Shown: positions 47,187 to 57,445, numbered from the stretch's first letter. The stretch: 64,000 nt of DNA from a virus (IMGVR_UViG_3300025237_000001:32001-96000); one strand, 5' to 3'. Program-made: numbers and translations. The notes: generated by a model not told the origin, from the letters alone.

Positions 47187-48905
47187 ATGACTAATATAAA
47201 GAATTATAACTTTTCAGGGCTTGATTACCACTTAAGTAATAGTGATTACTATGATTTTTACTTAAATACTGATGGTGTGTCCATATCTAATGAAAATACA
47301 GGTGATTGGAATGGTTCAGATTATGAAAATAATGATTGGTTTGTATCAGCGAACCCTATTGATTCTTTAATATCAGCTTTTGATTTTAATCATTATTATA
47401 CTAACCCAGTTAATCAAATAACAAGTTATGTTGATTGGGGGGAAGCTGTCTCAGGAAGTTTTTCAGCGAGTACATACGGTTTAACGGGTTTAGATAACGG
47501 TAGTGTTACATATTCACCAGAAACAGATAATTATGGTCACACAGGGCTTATAAATGCGTTAACGGGTACGACACTGATACATTCTTCAGGTGATACGACA
47601 CTTACACTTAATAAAGTGACTGGATATACTGGAAATTATGTTTATCCGACTGAATTAGTGTCTACAACTGCGGCTACTGGAAATTATATTAATTTTTGTG
47701 GTGGATTTTACCAAGGATATTATAAATTAGATGGTTATGACTATGAAGTTTTACCAAATAGATATCAAAAAGGTTGGACCATTGATACTTGGTTAGTTAA
47801 ATCTGATAGTGTTTGTAGTGGTACAACTGGTACAACATTAAATGATACTTATCCCGAAAATAAAGGGTTCTTTTATTATATTGGTGCTAGAGCTGAAAAT
47901 AAATTCTGGAATATATTCACAGGAAATACAACTGGTTGTACTAGTGGTTCAACAGATTTTTGTATGGAAGTTAAAGAAACTGATGTTAATATCAATAACG
48001 TTGAAGTGGATGGAAATGGAACTACATTAAGTGTTCCCTTAAGCCCACCACCAATTGACTTAAAAGAAATTAAGAATCAATTCTTAATTTTTGGTAGGTC
48101 AAACGGTATGGTATGTAGTAATCAACAATCAAAAGATGGTTACGGTCAAGTTAGAGCTGATAATAAGTTTGATAAAACTAATATATATTATTCAAGTATT
48201 GTTCGAGAAGAAATGGTGGATTTTACCAATCCATTTTTAATCTATGGTAGGTCAAACGGTATGGTATGTAGTAATCAACAATCCTCAGATGGTTACGGTC
48301 AAACTAGGGCTGATAGTAGGTGGACTGGGACAACAGCACCTATAATGGAATTAGATAAAGACGCTGATATAATCGATAATGCAATTGGGTTTAGAATTAA
48401 AGATGATGGTAGTATTGGTTATAGATTACTAACACTTTCTGCGGATTGTAAATCTGTTGAAGTGGTTGAAGAATATTCAATGAGTGGAATGGTAACATCC
48501 GACCAATGGCAACATATAGTTGTTAAATGGGTAAATAATGACACTTATAGTGGGTGTGACCTAGAAGTAGGTAAAGCTAGAAAAGGTAAATTAAAATTCT
48601 ATATAAATTCTATGTTAATATTTAGTTCTAAAACATTGGATGAATTTATTGGGAGAAGGTTAGATGACTTATTGGAGAAACAAGTTGGAGTTCCATACAA
48701 TGTTAGTATTGGTGGTGGTACACAAGGGTTATTAGATAGTATGACATTTGACGGGCAAGATAACGATGATATAGGTTTAATCATCGAACAAAATTTCGCT
48801 GGAACTTTTATAGGTTCGATTGCAACATTTAATATGTATGATTCGAATTTAAGTTGGTGTGAAATTAAATCTTTGTACAAAGAGAAATTAACAAAATATA
48901 ATTAA
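47187..48905 (+). CDS. virion structural protein with a LamG/concanavalin-A-like domain
   Basis: GWTIDTWL...DQWQHIVVKW...LKFYINSML...FIGSIATFNMY. Confidence 0.6.
   Translation: MTNIKNYNFSGLDYHLSNSDYYDFYLNTDGVSISNENTGDWNGSDYENNDWFVSANPIDSLISAFDFNHYYTNPVNQITSYVDWGEAVSGSFSASTYGLTGLDNGSVTYSPETDNYGHTGLINALTGTTLIHSSGDTTLTLNKVTGYTGNYVYPTELVSTTAATGNYINFCGGFYQGYYKLDGYDYEVLPNRYQKGWTIDTWLVKSDSVCSGTTGTTLNDTYPENKGFFYYIGARAENKFWNIFTGNTTGCTSGSTDFCMEVKETDVNINNVEVDGNGTTLSVPLSPPPIDLKEIKNQFLIFGRSNGMVCSNQQSKDGYGQVRADNKFDKTNIYYSSIVREEMVDFTNPFLIYGRSNGMVCSNQQSSDGYGQTRADSRWTGTTAPIMELDKDADIIDNAIGFRIKDDGSIGYRLLTLSADCKSVEVVEEYSMSGMVTSDQWQHIVVKWVNNDTYSGCDLEVGKARKGKLKFYINSMLIFSSKTLDEFIGRRLDDLLEKQVGVPYNVSIGGGTQGLLDSMTFDGQDNDDIGLIIEQNFAGTFIGSIATFNMYDSNLSWCEIKSLYKEKLTKYN
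48092..48283 (+). repeat. 39-bp exact direct repeat, 153-bp period, inside the LamG-like gene
   Basis: TGGTAGGTCAAACGGTATGGTATGTAGTAATCAACAATC at 48092-48130 and 48245-48283. Confidence 0.9.
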
Positions 48906-48921
48906 AACAAAACACCCTATT

Positions 48922-49263
48922 ATGACAGAACAACCAAAAGTGAGAGAATATGACAAGGTTAAGTATAGTGACAAAGATATGTGGTATGCTAGTAGTAAAA
49001 CAGCTATCGCAGTGTTTGTTATTGCTTTGATTTACGCTAGATTTTTAAGTGTGGAAACAACACAAGTTACGGTTACAGAACAACAAGTAGCTATAACAGA
49101 ACAAATGGTAACAGCTTTAGAGTTGTTGCATGATAATGATAAAATTAATATAGATTTCCTAAATGATAGGATTGATAAGAAAACATCACGAATTGAAGCT
49201 GATGTTAAAAAAATATGGGAGGAAATTGATTATTTAAGACTTCCTAACTCAGATAAGGAATAA
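48922..49263 (+). CDS. single-TM coiled-coil membrane protein
   Basis: AIAVFVIALIYARFL helix followed by a coiled coil. Confidence 0.65.
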   Translation: MTEQPKVREYDKVKYSDKDMWYASSKTAIAVFVIALIYARFLSVETTQVTVTEQQVAITEQMVTALELLHDNDKINIDFLNDRIDKKTSRIEADVKKIWEEIDYLRLPNSDKE

Positions 49264-49287
49264 ATTAGATATTTATAATAAAAGATT

Positions 49288-50463
49288 ATGGCTGTATCAG
49301 AAACAGATAAAGATAGAATATTCAGACAATTTAAACATTCGTTAGGTGCGCCTATTAGAGATATTGAAGTGTTAGACGAAATGTTATGTACATTTTTAGA
49401 AATAGCAACAGAGGACTATGCAATGTATGTTCAACAATGGTTAATAGAACACCAATGGCAATCAGTCCTTGGTAAAAATGTAGATACCACAGATATGGCG
49501 TTTGCATTAAGTGTACGTGATTTTGATTTTACAACACAATACACCTACGCTTATTCTAAACAAGTAGGACTTCAAGCTAGAGGTCCTTGGGAGATGAAAA
49601 AAGATTTCGTTGAAGTTGAAGCTGGAAGACAAGTTTATGTAATACCAGCTGGTAGAGAAGTAAATGAAGTTTTATGGGTTACCCCACCAACTACAGATGC
49701 TGCATTATTCGCCAACTATGGTGGATTTGATGCTGGTTACGGTGGTGGTTTTGCTCAAATGGGTATTGGTGCTGGAGCAAATGGTGCTTCTGGTGCTGGA
49801 GCTGGTGGTGGTTACTATGTAGCACCCGCATTTGATGTATTATTAACAGCAGCAGATTTCAATTTAAAAAATAGATTATTAAGAAGTGAATTGGCATTTA
49901 AGATTACGGCTGGACCAGATGGTACAAGGTTATTACACCTTATGAGTACTCCAGGTTCTAGATTATCATTCGGTGGAGCTGGAGTTGGAGCTGGAGCGGG
50001 TGCTGGAGCGGGACCTACGGCTGTAGGTCTACAAGGTTGTAAGGTATGGTATCACTATTATGATACTGGAACAGACCCAGAAGATATTAAAGAATGTAGA
50101 AAATTAAACTCGGATATTATTACCATGCCAAATGAAGTGCCATTGGCTGAATTAGATTTTGAAGATTTTAATGCGCCAACCAAAATACTTGTTAGAAATT
50201 TATTTATGGCTGAAGCTAAAAAAGCTCTAGGTAGGACAAGAGGTAAATTCGGTGGAACAATAGGACCACCAGAAGCAGAAAGAACAATGGATTATGAGAC
50301 ATTAATTACCGAAGGTAATGATGAGAAAAAAGCAATCCTTGAAAGACTTGATGAAATGTTAGGTCGTCTATCTAGTGATAAACAATTAGAACGTGCAGCT
50401 AACGAAGCTGAAAATTTAAATAAACATTTAAAATTTCGACCACTAGGATTTTATTTCCATTAA
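49288..50463 (+). CDS. neck / head-completion protein (T4 gp13-like)
   Basis: SLGAPIRDIEV..., GRQVYVIPAGREVNEV, AKKALGRTRGKFGG; assignment from these motifs and context. Confidence 0.55.
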   Translation: MAVSETDKDRIFRQFKHSLGAPIRDIEVLDEMLCTFLEIATEDYAMYVQQWLIEHQWQSVLGKNVDTTDMAFALSVRDFDFTTQYTYAYSKQVGLQARGPWEMKKDFVEVEAGRQVYVIPAGREVNEVLWVTPPTTDAALFANYGGFDAGYGGGFAQMGIGAGANGASGAGAGGGYYVAPAFDVLLTAADFNLKNRLLRSELAFKITAGPDGTRLLHLMSTPGSRLSFGGAGVGAGAGAGAGPTAVGLQGCKVWYHYYDTGTDPEDIKECRKLNSDIITMPNEVPLAELDFEDFNAPTKILVRNLFMAEAKKALGRTRGKFGGTIGPPEAERTMDYETLITEGNDEKKAILERLDEMLGRLSSDKQLERAANEAENLNKHLKFRPLGFYFH

Positions 50464-50464
50464 C

Positions 50465-50494
50465 AAAAAGAGACTCAAATTTGAGTCTCTTTTT
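50465..50494. terminator. bidirectional terminator between the convergent neck and polB genes, overlapping the polB stop
   Basis: AAAAAGAGACTCAA-at-TTGAGTCTCTTTTT. Confidence 0.85.
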
Positions 50495-53400
50495 CTTCTA
50501 GTACATGTTTGTAATCTTCGATATCTAATTCAATTCCAGCTAATTTTAATTCAGCTCTAATGAAACTAGCTTTAGCATCATCTTTAGCTTTCTTAGCTTC
50601 AACCCATATATGAGTTAACCAAGTCTCGAAAGTCTTATCTTTCTTATATTTAACTGTTGGGTAGAACGGTACTCGTTGCTTCGCCCAAGGTTCATACTTT
50701 AGTATATCAGTTACTTTACATAAATCAATATCCCAAAGTTTAGATTTAATATAAATATTTGGGGTTCCATTTTCATCATCGTGAACAACAAACTCACCCA
50801 TATTAGCGAATGGTTTAGGTATTTCACTACTTTCTTTCATCAATTGAATTTCATCCCATTCTAAACGCTTCATAATTTCAGTCGTTCTTTTTCTCTCATG
50901 AGCCATTCCTTCAATTCTAGCAATTCTCATACGCTCATGATAATCCGTTTGTATCCATTCCCAATTCATGTTTAATTCAACAAGGTTATTTGGTTCTTTA
51001 TTAACTCTAATCCAAAACTCAATTTCCTTATCTTCCATGTCCATTAACTCACTCATTGTATTTTGGTCACCATCTTTAAAAGCAGTACCTCTATCCATTT
51101 CAGTGTCTTTTTTTGTAAAGATTTTTCTTTCAGTTAATTCCATTTCTTTAGTTTCCTTGTTCTTAACCATGTCCATTAGAATTGCCTCCCTAATTTCAGG
51201 TTTGAAACAAACTAATAATGCGTGAATTCTATTATTGAAAGCCGCTAAATACTTTGGTACGTTATATTCGTCAGTTGTCAAATCAGGGTTATTCTCTATT
51301 TGGTCTGTTGGTATTACTTTACATTGAATCTTAACAGTTCTATCACCAGTTTCTTTATCAGTAATAACTTTAACATCACCATGAGATTTAACACTACCTA
51401 TGTTAACATAGTAAATTGTATCACCTAAATTAGATTTGATACCATCTTGCATTATCAATTCCATATGAGCTTTTCTAGCTTTAAATGAACCTGATTTTGT
51501 TTTGGTTTTCATATCTCTTAAATACGAAGACACTGTATCCTTAACATTAGACTTCGAAGCTATTTTAAGCAATGGAATTCTAAAATTGTAGATGTCATCT
51601 ACTGTCTTGTTATATAACTGAACGAACTTATCTCCTTCACCATTTAAAAGATGTTCAATTCCTATGGCTAAGAAGTCTTCAATATATCCTGGCATTTTAG
51701 ATGACTTAATCGTATTCCCAACCAATTTAATTTTACCATCAATTAAGTTAGCATAATTCTTTCTAGAGAAGTTGATGGTAGACTCACAGATATCATCAAT
51801 ATCTAGACCCATTCTATCAATCATAAATAATTCGTTGAACTCAGCAACAACTGCGTCTAATCCTACAAGAGTATTACCTTTATCAGGTTCAGTAAACCTA
51901 TGAGTACCAAGAGGCACATATGAGTTTTCATTGATATTATCGGGGATGGCAAAGTTAAATCCATCCGTATCCCCTACAAGAGGTCTGAAATCTAAATCCA
52001 TAAAGAATTTAACCATCAATCTCAAGTATTGTCTACCTCTACAGGTAGTTTCCTCAGCAATATTAGTATCTCCCCATGGAAATATATTGGGAGCACCCAT
52101 CGAACCAAAGAATGAATTCGCTAAAATCTTAATTGGTAATTGTTTCTTATCGTACATACTAACTAAAGCAGTCTCTTTTGCAATTTCCTCATTTAACATG
52201 TCTAAATCTTCTTTAGACATTGTATCACCAGTCTTTTCTTTCAATTCTTTTAAACCACTCAACACACCTTTATGTTTATTCATAAGGTTCTTGAATTTAT
52301 CCCTTGTATTTGCAATATACGTTAAGAAACCTTTCATCGCACCAGTAATATCAGTGTCAGGAAAAATATCGTGAGTAATCTTAATATTAGGGTATAAGGC
52401 AGCAAAATCCAATTTTGCGACATTTTTAGCATATCCAAGTTCTAATACTCTTGAGAGTCCACCTGTAAATGTTTTTCTTGGTTTTGTTGCTGGAACAGCT
52501 AATCTATTCTCGTATGACCAAGCTAACATAATTAATTTCCAAATACCAGCAGTACCCATCGTTGTTGAACGCATGTACGTTGTAGGAATAATCTTAGATA
52601 GTAAGAAAGATGCTTGATTGTAAACACCATCCACTTGTTCTGTTTCCCATAAATCATCTAATAAATAACGTCTGATAATAATATTACCTTTAACAACCTC
52701 ATAACCTTCTTTTAAGGGCTTTTCTTCACTTATTGGGTAGTAAGTACCATCAGTATCATTAAAAGCGTAATCAGTTACCTTATCGTTCCAAATTTCGAAT
52801 ATTTTATTACCTTCTACATACACACGATTGGCTTTGTTAAGTTTTGAGTATTTTGTAATATACTTTAACCCAGCACTTTTAATGTTTGAGTTAATCGCTT
52901 TGGCTCTACGTACTGCGTGCCAAACATCGATTATATTATAACCCCACATTGTAGTTTGCTTATAGAATTCACTTTCACCACCTAACTTGATGCTTTTGTC
53001 AACTCTTCTAATTTTAGAACCACCTTTCTTATCAAGTGTCTTTGCAGCAATTTCAATGTCTAATCCGATAATATCACATCTTGTGAATATGAAACTCCAG
53101 TCAAAGTTTTCAGAGTTATATCCAGCAATAGTGTCAGGTTTCAACGTATCTATAATGTCAAACATTTTAAGTATAGCGTAAGCTTCGAAATCTTTTAATT
53201 CTTGCTTAGTACCTTCTTGTGGAACTTCTATAATTTCTTCAAAACCTCTATTATCTTTAATTCCAATTTGGAATATCTTAGCATCTTTAAGTCTAATTGG
53301 TTCACCAGCAACATCAAACTCATATAATTTAGTTAAATCTTCTCCAGTTCCCATACGACTTTTAACCTCCAAAATATCTTCTTGTGATAGAAGTGTACCT

Positions 53401-53933
53401 TTAGGGTAAAGACCAGTTGTTTCTAAATCAAATTGTAATCTATGAATATCATTATAATCTTCCATTCCTTTGAACAAACGCTTTCCTGATGCGATTAAAT
53501 ATTGTTCCACTGGATTTATGGCTATGAACATACTTCTGTGACGTTCACCATAAACATCGATACCACCTTCTTTGAAGAAATTGAGTACTTTAGTATAAGA
53601 ACCTTTGGTTTTAGCCATGTATTTGTAACCCGAAGCCATTCTTTTAGGTTCGGCTTCATCTGGCATTGAAGATTTTAGTTTTGTAATTACGATGCCGTAT
53701 TTCTCAGCAGCTTTTTTGATAAGAGTTCGTTTACCGCCATACATTATTTTGGTAACTTCTTCTTTAAACCATATAAATGATGTAAGTGCATCTTTTGATA
53801 TGAACTTTCCTCTTTCAGGGTCATTGATTATAAGCGAAACTTCAGCACTCCCATAAGGAATCTCAACACCTACAATATATTTTTTTTGATTTCTACCTTC
53901 TAAAAACCTAGAAATTACATCCTCATTAATCAT
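50475..53933 (-). CDS. polB: DNA polymerase family B with 3'-5' exonuclease
   Basis: FDLETTG, GYNSENFDW, YLLDD (Exo I-III); LDFAALYP, KILANSFFG, GDTDG (pol motifs A-C). Confidence 0.95.
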   Translation of the reverse strand: MINEDVISRFLEGRNQKKYIVGVEIPYGSAEVSLIINDPERGKFISKDALTSFIWFKEEVTKIMYGGKRTLIKKAAEKYGIVITKLKSSMPDEAEPKRMASGYKYMAKTKGSYTKVLNFFKEGGIDVYGERHRSMFIAINPVEQYLIASGKRLFKGMEDYNDIHRLQFDLETTGLYPKGTLLSQEDILEVKSRMGTGEDLTKLYEFDVAGEPIRLKDAKIFQIGIKDNRGFEEIIEVPQEGTKQELKDFEAYAILKMFDIIDTLKPDTIAGYNSENFDWSFIFTRCDIIGLDIEIAAKTLDKKGGSKIRRVDKSIKLGGESEFYKQTTMWGYNIIDVWHAVRRAKAINSNIKSAGLKYITKYSKLNKANRVYVEGNKIFEIWNDKVTDYAFNDTDGTYYPISEEKPLKEGYEVVKGNIIIRRYLLDDLWETEQVDGVYNQASFLLSKIIPTTYMRSTTMGTAGIWKLIMLAWSYENRLAVPATKPRKTFTGGLSRVLELGYAKNVAKLDFAALYPNIKITHDIFPDTDITGAMKGFLTYIANTRDKFKNLMNKHKGVLSGLKELKEKTGDTMSKEDLDMLNEEIAKETALVSMYDKKQLPIKILANSFFGSMGAPNIFPWGDTNIAEETTCRGRQYLRLMVKFFMDLDFRPLVGDTDGFNFAIPDNINENSYVPLGTHRFTEPDKGNTLVGLDAVVAEFNELFMIDRMGLDIDDICESTINFSRKNYANLIDGKIKLVGNTIKSSKMPGYIEDFLAIGIEHLLNGEGDKFVQLYNKTVDDIYNFRIPLLKIASKSNVKDTVSSYLRDMKTKTKSGSFKARKAHMELIMQDGIKSNLGDTIYYVNIGSVKSHGDVKVITDKETGDRTVKIQCKVIPTDQIENNPDLTTDEYNVPKYLAAFNNRIHALLVCFKPEIREAILMDMVKNKETKEMELTERKIFTKKDTEMDRGTAFKDGDQNTMSELMDMEDKEIEFWIRVNKEPNNLVELNMNWEWIQTDYHERMRIARIEGMAHERKRTTEIMKRLEWDEIQLMKESSEIPKPFANMGEFVVHDDENGTPNIYIKSKLWDIDLCKVTDILKYEPWAKQRVPFYPTVKYKKDKTFETWLTHIWVEAKKAKDDAKASFIRAELKLAGIELDIEDYKHVLEEKETQI

Positions 53934-54044
53934 AATTATTATCTATTTTATGCAATATAACTACATTTTGACCCAAAAAACAAGGGTTTTGTCATATTTT
54001 TTAAAATAAATTACTGTAAGCCAGGTTATGTCATATTTATTTGT

Positions 54045-54899
54045 ATGACAAAAGATATAAAATGTAACACAAATAATATCCATGATTTCATGGAAAATTA
54101 TAAATCAGGTTTTAATAAAATTAAATCAGAATATGAAGTATTTGAATACTACGATTTTGAAAGAGAAATTGTAAATTTGATTAATGATAATCGTTTTTCG
54201 ATTATATTAAAAGGTAGACAAGTTTTTGTGAGTACGATTTTAGCTACTTATACTGCTTGGCAAGTTTTAAATGGTAAACAGATTGCTTATTATAGTCATA
54301 ATAGACATATGTCTAAACATTTTTTAACTAAAGTAAGAGCGATATTAATGAGTTATGGTGCAGAATTTGAATGTGATAATCAAATTTACATTAAATTGAA
54401 AGGTTTAGGTTCGATAAAAGGTTTATGCACCCCAACAGAGTTTTGTAGTCACACATTTGATGAAATAATCTATGATGAAGCCGCATATATTAATAGGTTT
54501 AATGAAGCTTTAAGTATTGGGACTTCAATTATTGCAACAGGTGGTAAAATTATTTTAGCTTCTACACCTAATGGTCTGGAAAAATTTTTTTATACATGGC
54601 AAGGTAGTGAAGTTGGTGATAATCCTTTTAAAAGGATTAAAGTCACTTATAAAGATGTTCCTATATATGATGAAGCGTGGGCTGAAGAAATGAAAAGGAT
54701 TATGAATTATAATAAAAGGTGGATTGACCAAGAACTTCATGCTGAATTTATACCAGCATTAAAAAATAATAAAAATAAATTAATTCAATTTAGAATTGAT
54801 AAAGATTTGAATTTAAAATTGTTAGAAAAATTAATAGAGAAAGATGTTAATATTTCAACCTATATGCGAGATTTAATTCTCAAGGATGTGAATAATTAA
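54045..54899 (+). CDS. terminase-large-subunit-like ATPase domain fused to a C-terminal ribbon-helix-helix domain; no nuclease domain
   Basis: RFSIILKGRQVFVST, IIYDEAAYI, GGKIILASTPNG, DQELHAEF; then LIQFRIDKDLNLKL..EKDVNISTYMRDLI. Confidence 0.72.
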   Translation: MTKDIKCNTNNIHDFMENYKSGFNKIKSEYEVFEYYDFEREIVNLINDNRFSIILKGRQVFVSTILATYTAWQVLNGKQIAYYSHNRHMSKHFLTKVRAILMSYGAEFECDNQIYIKLKGLGSIKGLCTPTEFCSHTFDEIIYDEAAYINRFNEALSIGTSIIATGGKIILASTPNGLEKFFYTWQGSEVGDNPFKRIKVTYKDVPIYDEAWAEEMKRIMNYNKRWIDQELHAEFIPALKNNKNKLIQFRIDKDLNLKLLEKLIEKDVNISTYMRDLILKDVNN

Positions 54900-55235
54900 T
54901 TCATCCCTTATTGGTACCAATAGGGTTCCCGAACCATCGTTAAAGATTATTTTGAATTCACCAACGAATGTGCCAGCTTTTCTAGTTTCTTTTGCTGAAA
55001 ATTGATATCCGATGAAATATTCTTCACCGTTACAATCACTTGAAGGGTCTTTAAGAATACATAAACCTTCCTTACCACCTATTCTTTTAACGCCAGTGCT
55101 AGTGTCGGTCATACAGAATGTAATTACAGAGTTTTGTATCATATCGTGGAACTTATCGTACTCATTTCTTCCATCGTTAATTAATTCCATCTTTAAGATA
55201 GGTAATGTTGCAGTTTTATTTATGTAAAAATCCAT
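54873..55235 (-). CDS. BppU-like Ig-fold virion/baseplate protein
   Basis: TLPILKMEL...YQFSAKETRKAGTFVGEFKIIF..G.L.VP. Confidence 0.55.
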   Translation of the reverse strand: MDFYINKTATLPILKMELINDGRNEYDKFHDMIQNSVITFCMTDTSTGVKRIGGKEGLCILKDPSSDCNGEEYFIGYQFSAKETRKAGTFVGEFKIIFNDGSGTLLVPIRDELIIHILEN

Positions 55236-55264
55236 TTAATTTGTTTTATTATAAATATAAATTA

Positions 55265-55522
55265 TTACGAAATAATCGTGTTTTGTATTAAATCAATTGC
55301 ATTATCTATCGTCACAAAGCTCCTTTTTGGGACCAAGATGTGTGGTGGAATGACAATAATTGGTATTACAGCTTCACCCGCTTTTTCGAACATTAAACCA
55401 ACTGGTTCTTTATTCTTAGCATCATCCACATCAATCTCCACGAACTTTAATTCGAGTTTTGTTAGTTTTTCTGTTAACTCTACACAGTATGCACACTGTT
55501 TACTTGTATATATTTGTATCAT
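55265..55522 (-). CDS. glutaredoxin-like protein
   Basis: IYTSKQCAYC..L...VEIDVD...IPII. Confidence 0.85.
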   Translation of the reverse strand: MIQIYTSKQCAYCVELTEKLTKLELKFVEIDVDDAKNKEPVGLMFEKAGEAVIPIIVIPPHILVPKRSFVTIDNAIDLIQNTIIS

Positions 55523-57372
55523 AATTCTAATCCATTTTCTTCTAAATCATCCATTAACATTTTCAATCTAACGCCATGTTCATCATTTTTACCGATGATT
55601 TTATTAATTACTTCTTGCTTACGCATAAGTGTGTACCACATCACTAGTGATACCGTACCTGTAAATAGTTGATAATATACTGATACGTTGTTTGTTTGAC
55701 CAATACGGTAACATCTATCTTCGGCTTGTTCATTATCACCTGGTACCCAACTAAATGAATTAAAGATAACAACTGTCCCTTCAGTCAATGTAATTCCCAC
55801 CCCAGCAGATGTTATGTTTCCAACGAAAACTTTACATTTATTGTTGGTTTGGAACCTATCCACAGATTTTTGCTTAGCATTAGCTGTCATCTTACCATTA
55901 TGTGTTACACACTCAGTATTGGTGAAGTTTTCTGCTATTTCGTCCAATTCATCGGTAAATGTCGTAAATATCACCACTTTTTGACCTTGTTCAATAGCAT
56001 CTTTAGCTAATTGTATCGTATTTGGGATAGTTTCCATGGCTATAAATTTCCTAAGAAGTCCTAATTCAACTATATCTTTAGATAAATCACTAATTTTACG
56101 TTTACCTTCCTCAGCTCTTTTCTCCATATATTCATCCCAAAGACTTTCATACTCTTTTTCACCACGTTTTGATAATGTATGATAGTTTGTTGAAATTGTT
56201 TTATCTGGCATATCTAACACTTCGGTCTTTAACCTTCTTAATAAAGAGTTTTTGGTCCTGATTGATAATTCATCTAGATTAGAATTACCATTGGTAATCC
56301 ATATTTGTCTTGATTGACCATTCTTAAGGGTTTTATAAAAACGCTTGGCATCACAATACCTTTGCGCAAAGAATTTCCAATTATCAGCTAGAGGTGATTT
56401 AATCATCTTTAGAATATTAAAGAAATCCATTGGTCTATTAGCAATAGGAGTACCCGTAAGTTCCCATACCCTATCAATGCCATGAGTTAACGCAAGTTCA
56501 TTACATATTTTACCCCTTTGAGTTTTATGGTCTTTAATTTTGTGAGCTTCATCGATGATTACTAAATCATATTCTTCATTAACAAGTTGTCTATTAAATG
56601 GATTAGGGTTCCCTTCTTTATCAAATGTTTGATTACCAATAGTGTGAAAATTTTTAAGAATATCAAAATTAATGATAGTAAAACGTCCTACGTGAGGAAA
56701 TTTCCTACCGCTAACAATCATAGCTTTTTGTCCAAAACTTTCGATTTCTCTTTGCCAAGAGATTTTAACACTCGCTGGACATATTACCAATACTTTCTTA
56801 GCATCAACCTCTAAAGCGGCTACAATTGACTGGTAAGTTTTACCCAAACCCATGTCATCAGCTAATATCGCACCTTTTCTACAAACTAGGAATTTAATAC
56901 CTTCTTTTTGGTGGTCATATGGATGTCTACCCATAAGGTCCATTTCTTCGTACTTAGCCCAATCAACTTCAATATCACATTCAGTGTAATAAGGGTCGTC
57001 CAAAACAAGTGTTTTTGGTAACCAATACATTTTAGAATGTTTTTGATTTTGTTTTAGTTTACCATATATGTGATAAGTTTTTTCTTGGTCGGCAAGCATT
57101 GCTTGAATAAGAATCTTCTCAGGTAAAAAGGATAATCTATCTTTAGCTTGTAAAGATTCACCCAATAAAGGGTTTATTGAAACTACACGATTTAACACTT
57201 GTGGTGGTACATCATGAAATTTATTTATGTATTCAACTTGCCCTTCAGTTAAAGATATTTTAGTATCTCTAAGCAATTTCTTGTTTAAGTCTTTTAAATA
57301 CGGGTTAACTCCGCTATATGTTTGTAGTAGGGTCACCGCACCTCTACTTTTAATGTCATCTAAATTTATCAA
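55519..57372 (-). CDS. SNF2-family helicase/ATPase (SMARCAL1/HARP-like)
   Basis: LADDMGLGKT, IIDEAH, LTGTPIANRP, GVGITLT, QAEDRCYRIGQ. Confidence 0.93.
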   Translation of the reverse strand: MINLDDIKSRGAVTLLQTYSGVNPYLKDLNKKLLRDTKISLTEGQVEYINKFHDVPPQVLNRVVSINPLLGESLQAKDRLSFLPEKILIQAMLADQEKTYHIYGKLKQNQKHSKMYWLPKTLVLDDPYYTECDIEVDWAKYEEMDLMGRHPYDHQKEGIKFLVCRKGAILADDMGLGKTYQSIVAALEVDAKKVLVICPASVKISWQREIESFGQKAMIVSGRKFPHVGRFTIINFDILKNFHTIGNQTFDKEGNPNPFNRQLVNEEYDLVIIDEAHKIKDHKTQRGKICNELALTHGIDRVWELTGTPIANRPMDFFNILKMIKSPLADNWKFFAQRYCDAKRFYKTLKNGQSRQIWITNGNSNLDELSIRTKNSLLRRLKTEVLDMPDKTISTNYHTLSKRGEKEYESLWDEYMEKRAEEGKRKISDLSKDIVELGLLRKFIAMETIPNTIQLAKDAIEQGQKVVIFTTFTDELDEIAENFTNTECVTHNGKMTANAKQKSVDRFQTNNKCKVFVGNITSAGVGITLTEGTVVIFNSFSWVPGDNEQAEDRCYRIGQTNNVSVYYQLFTGTVSLVMWYTLMRKQEVINKIIGKNDEHGVRLKMLMDDLEENGLEL

Positions 57373-57416
57373 AATATCTAATCTTTTTCTACTCTTTAAC
57401 TATATTATATATCGTT

Positions 57417-57445
57417 AATATACTAAAAATTAATGAAAAAGTCAA
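57417..57445 (-). promoter_or_regulatory. sigma70-like promoter of the SNF2 gene
   Basis: Minus strand TTGACT-17 nt-TATATT. Confidence 0.55.

Noticed and set aside
50475-53933. Intein or intron in PolB (1152 aa)
   Set aside because: No C/S...HN splice junctions or LAGLIDADG/HNH motifs were seen, and the polymerase motifs are contiguous.
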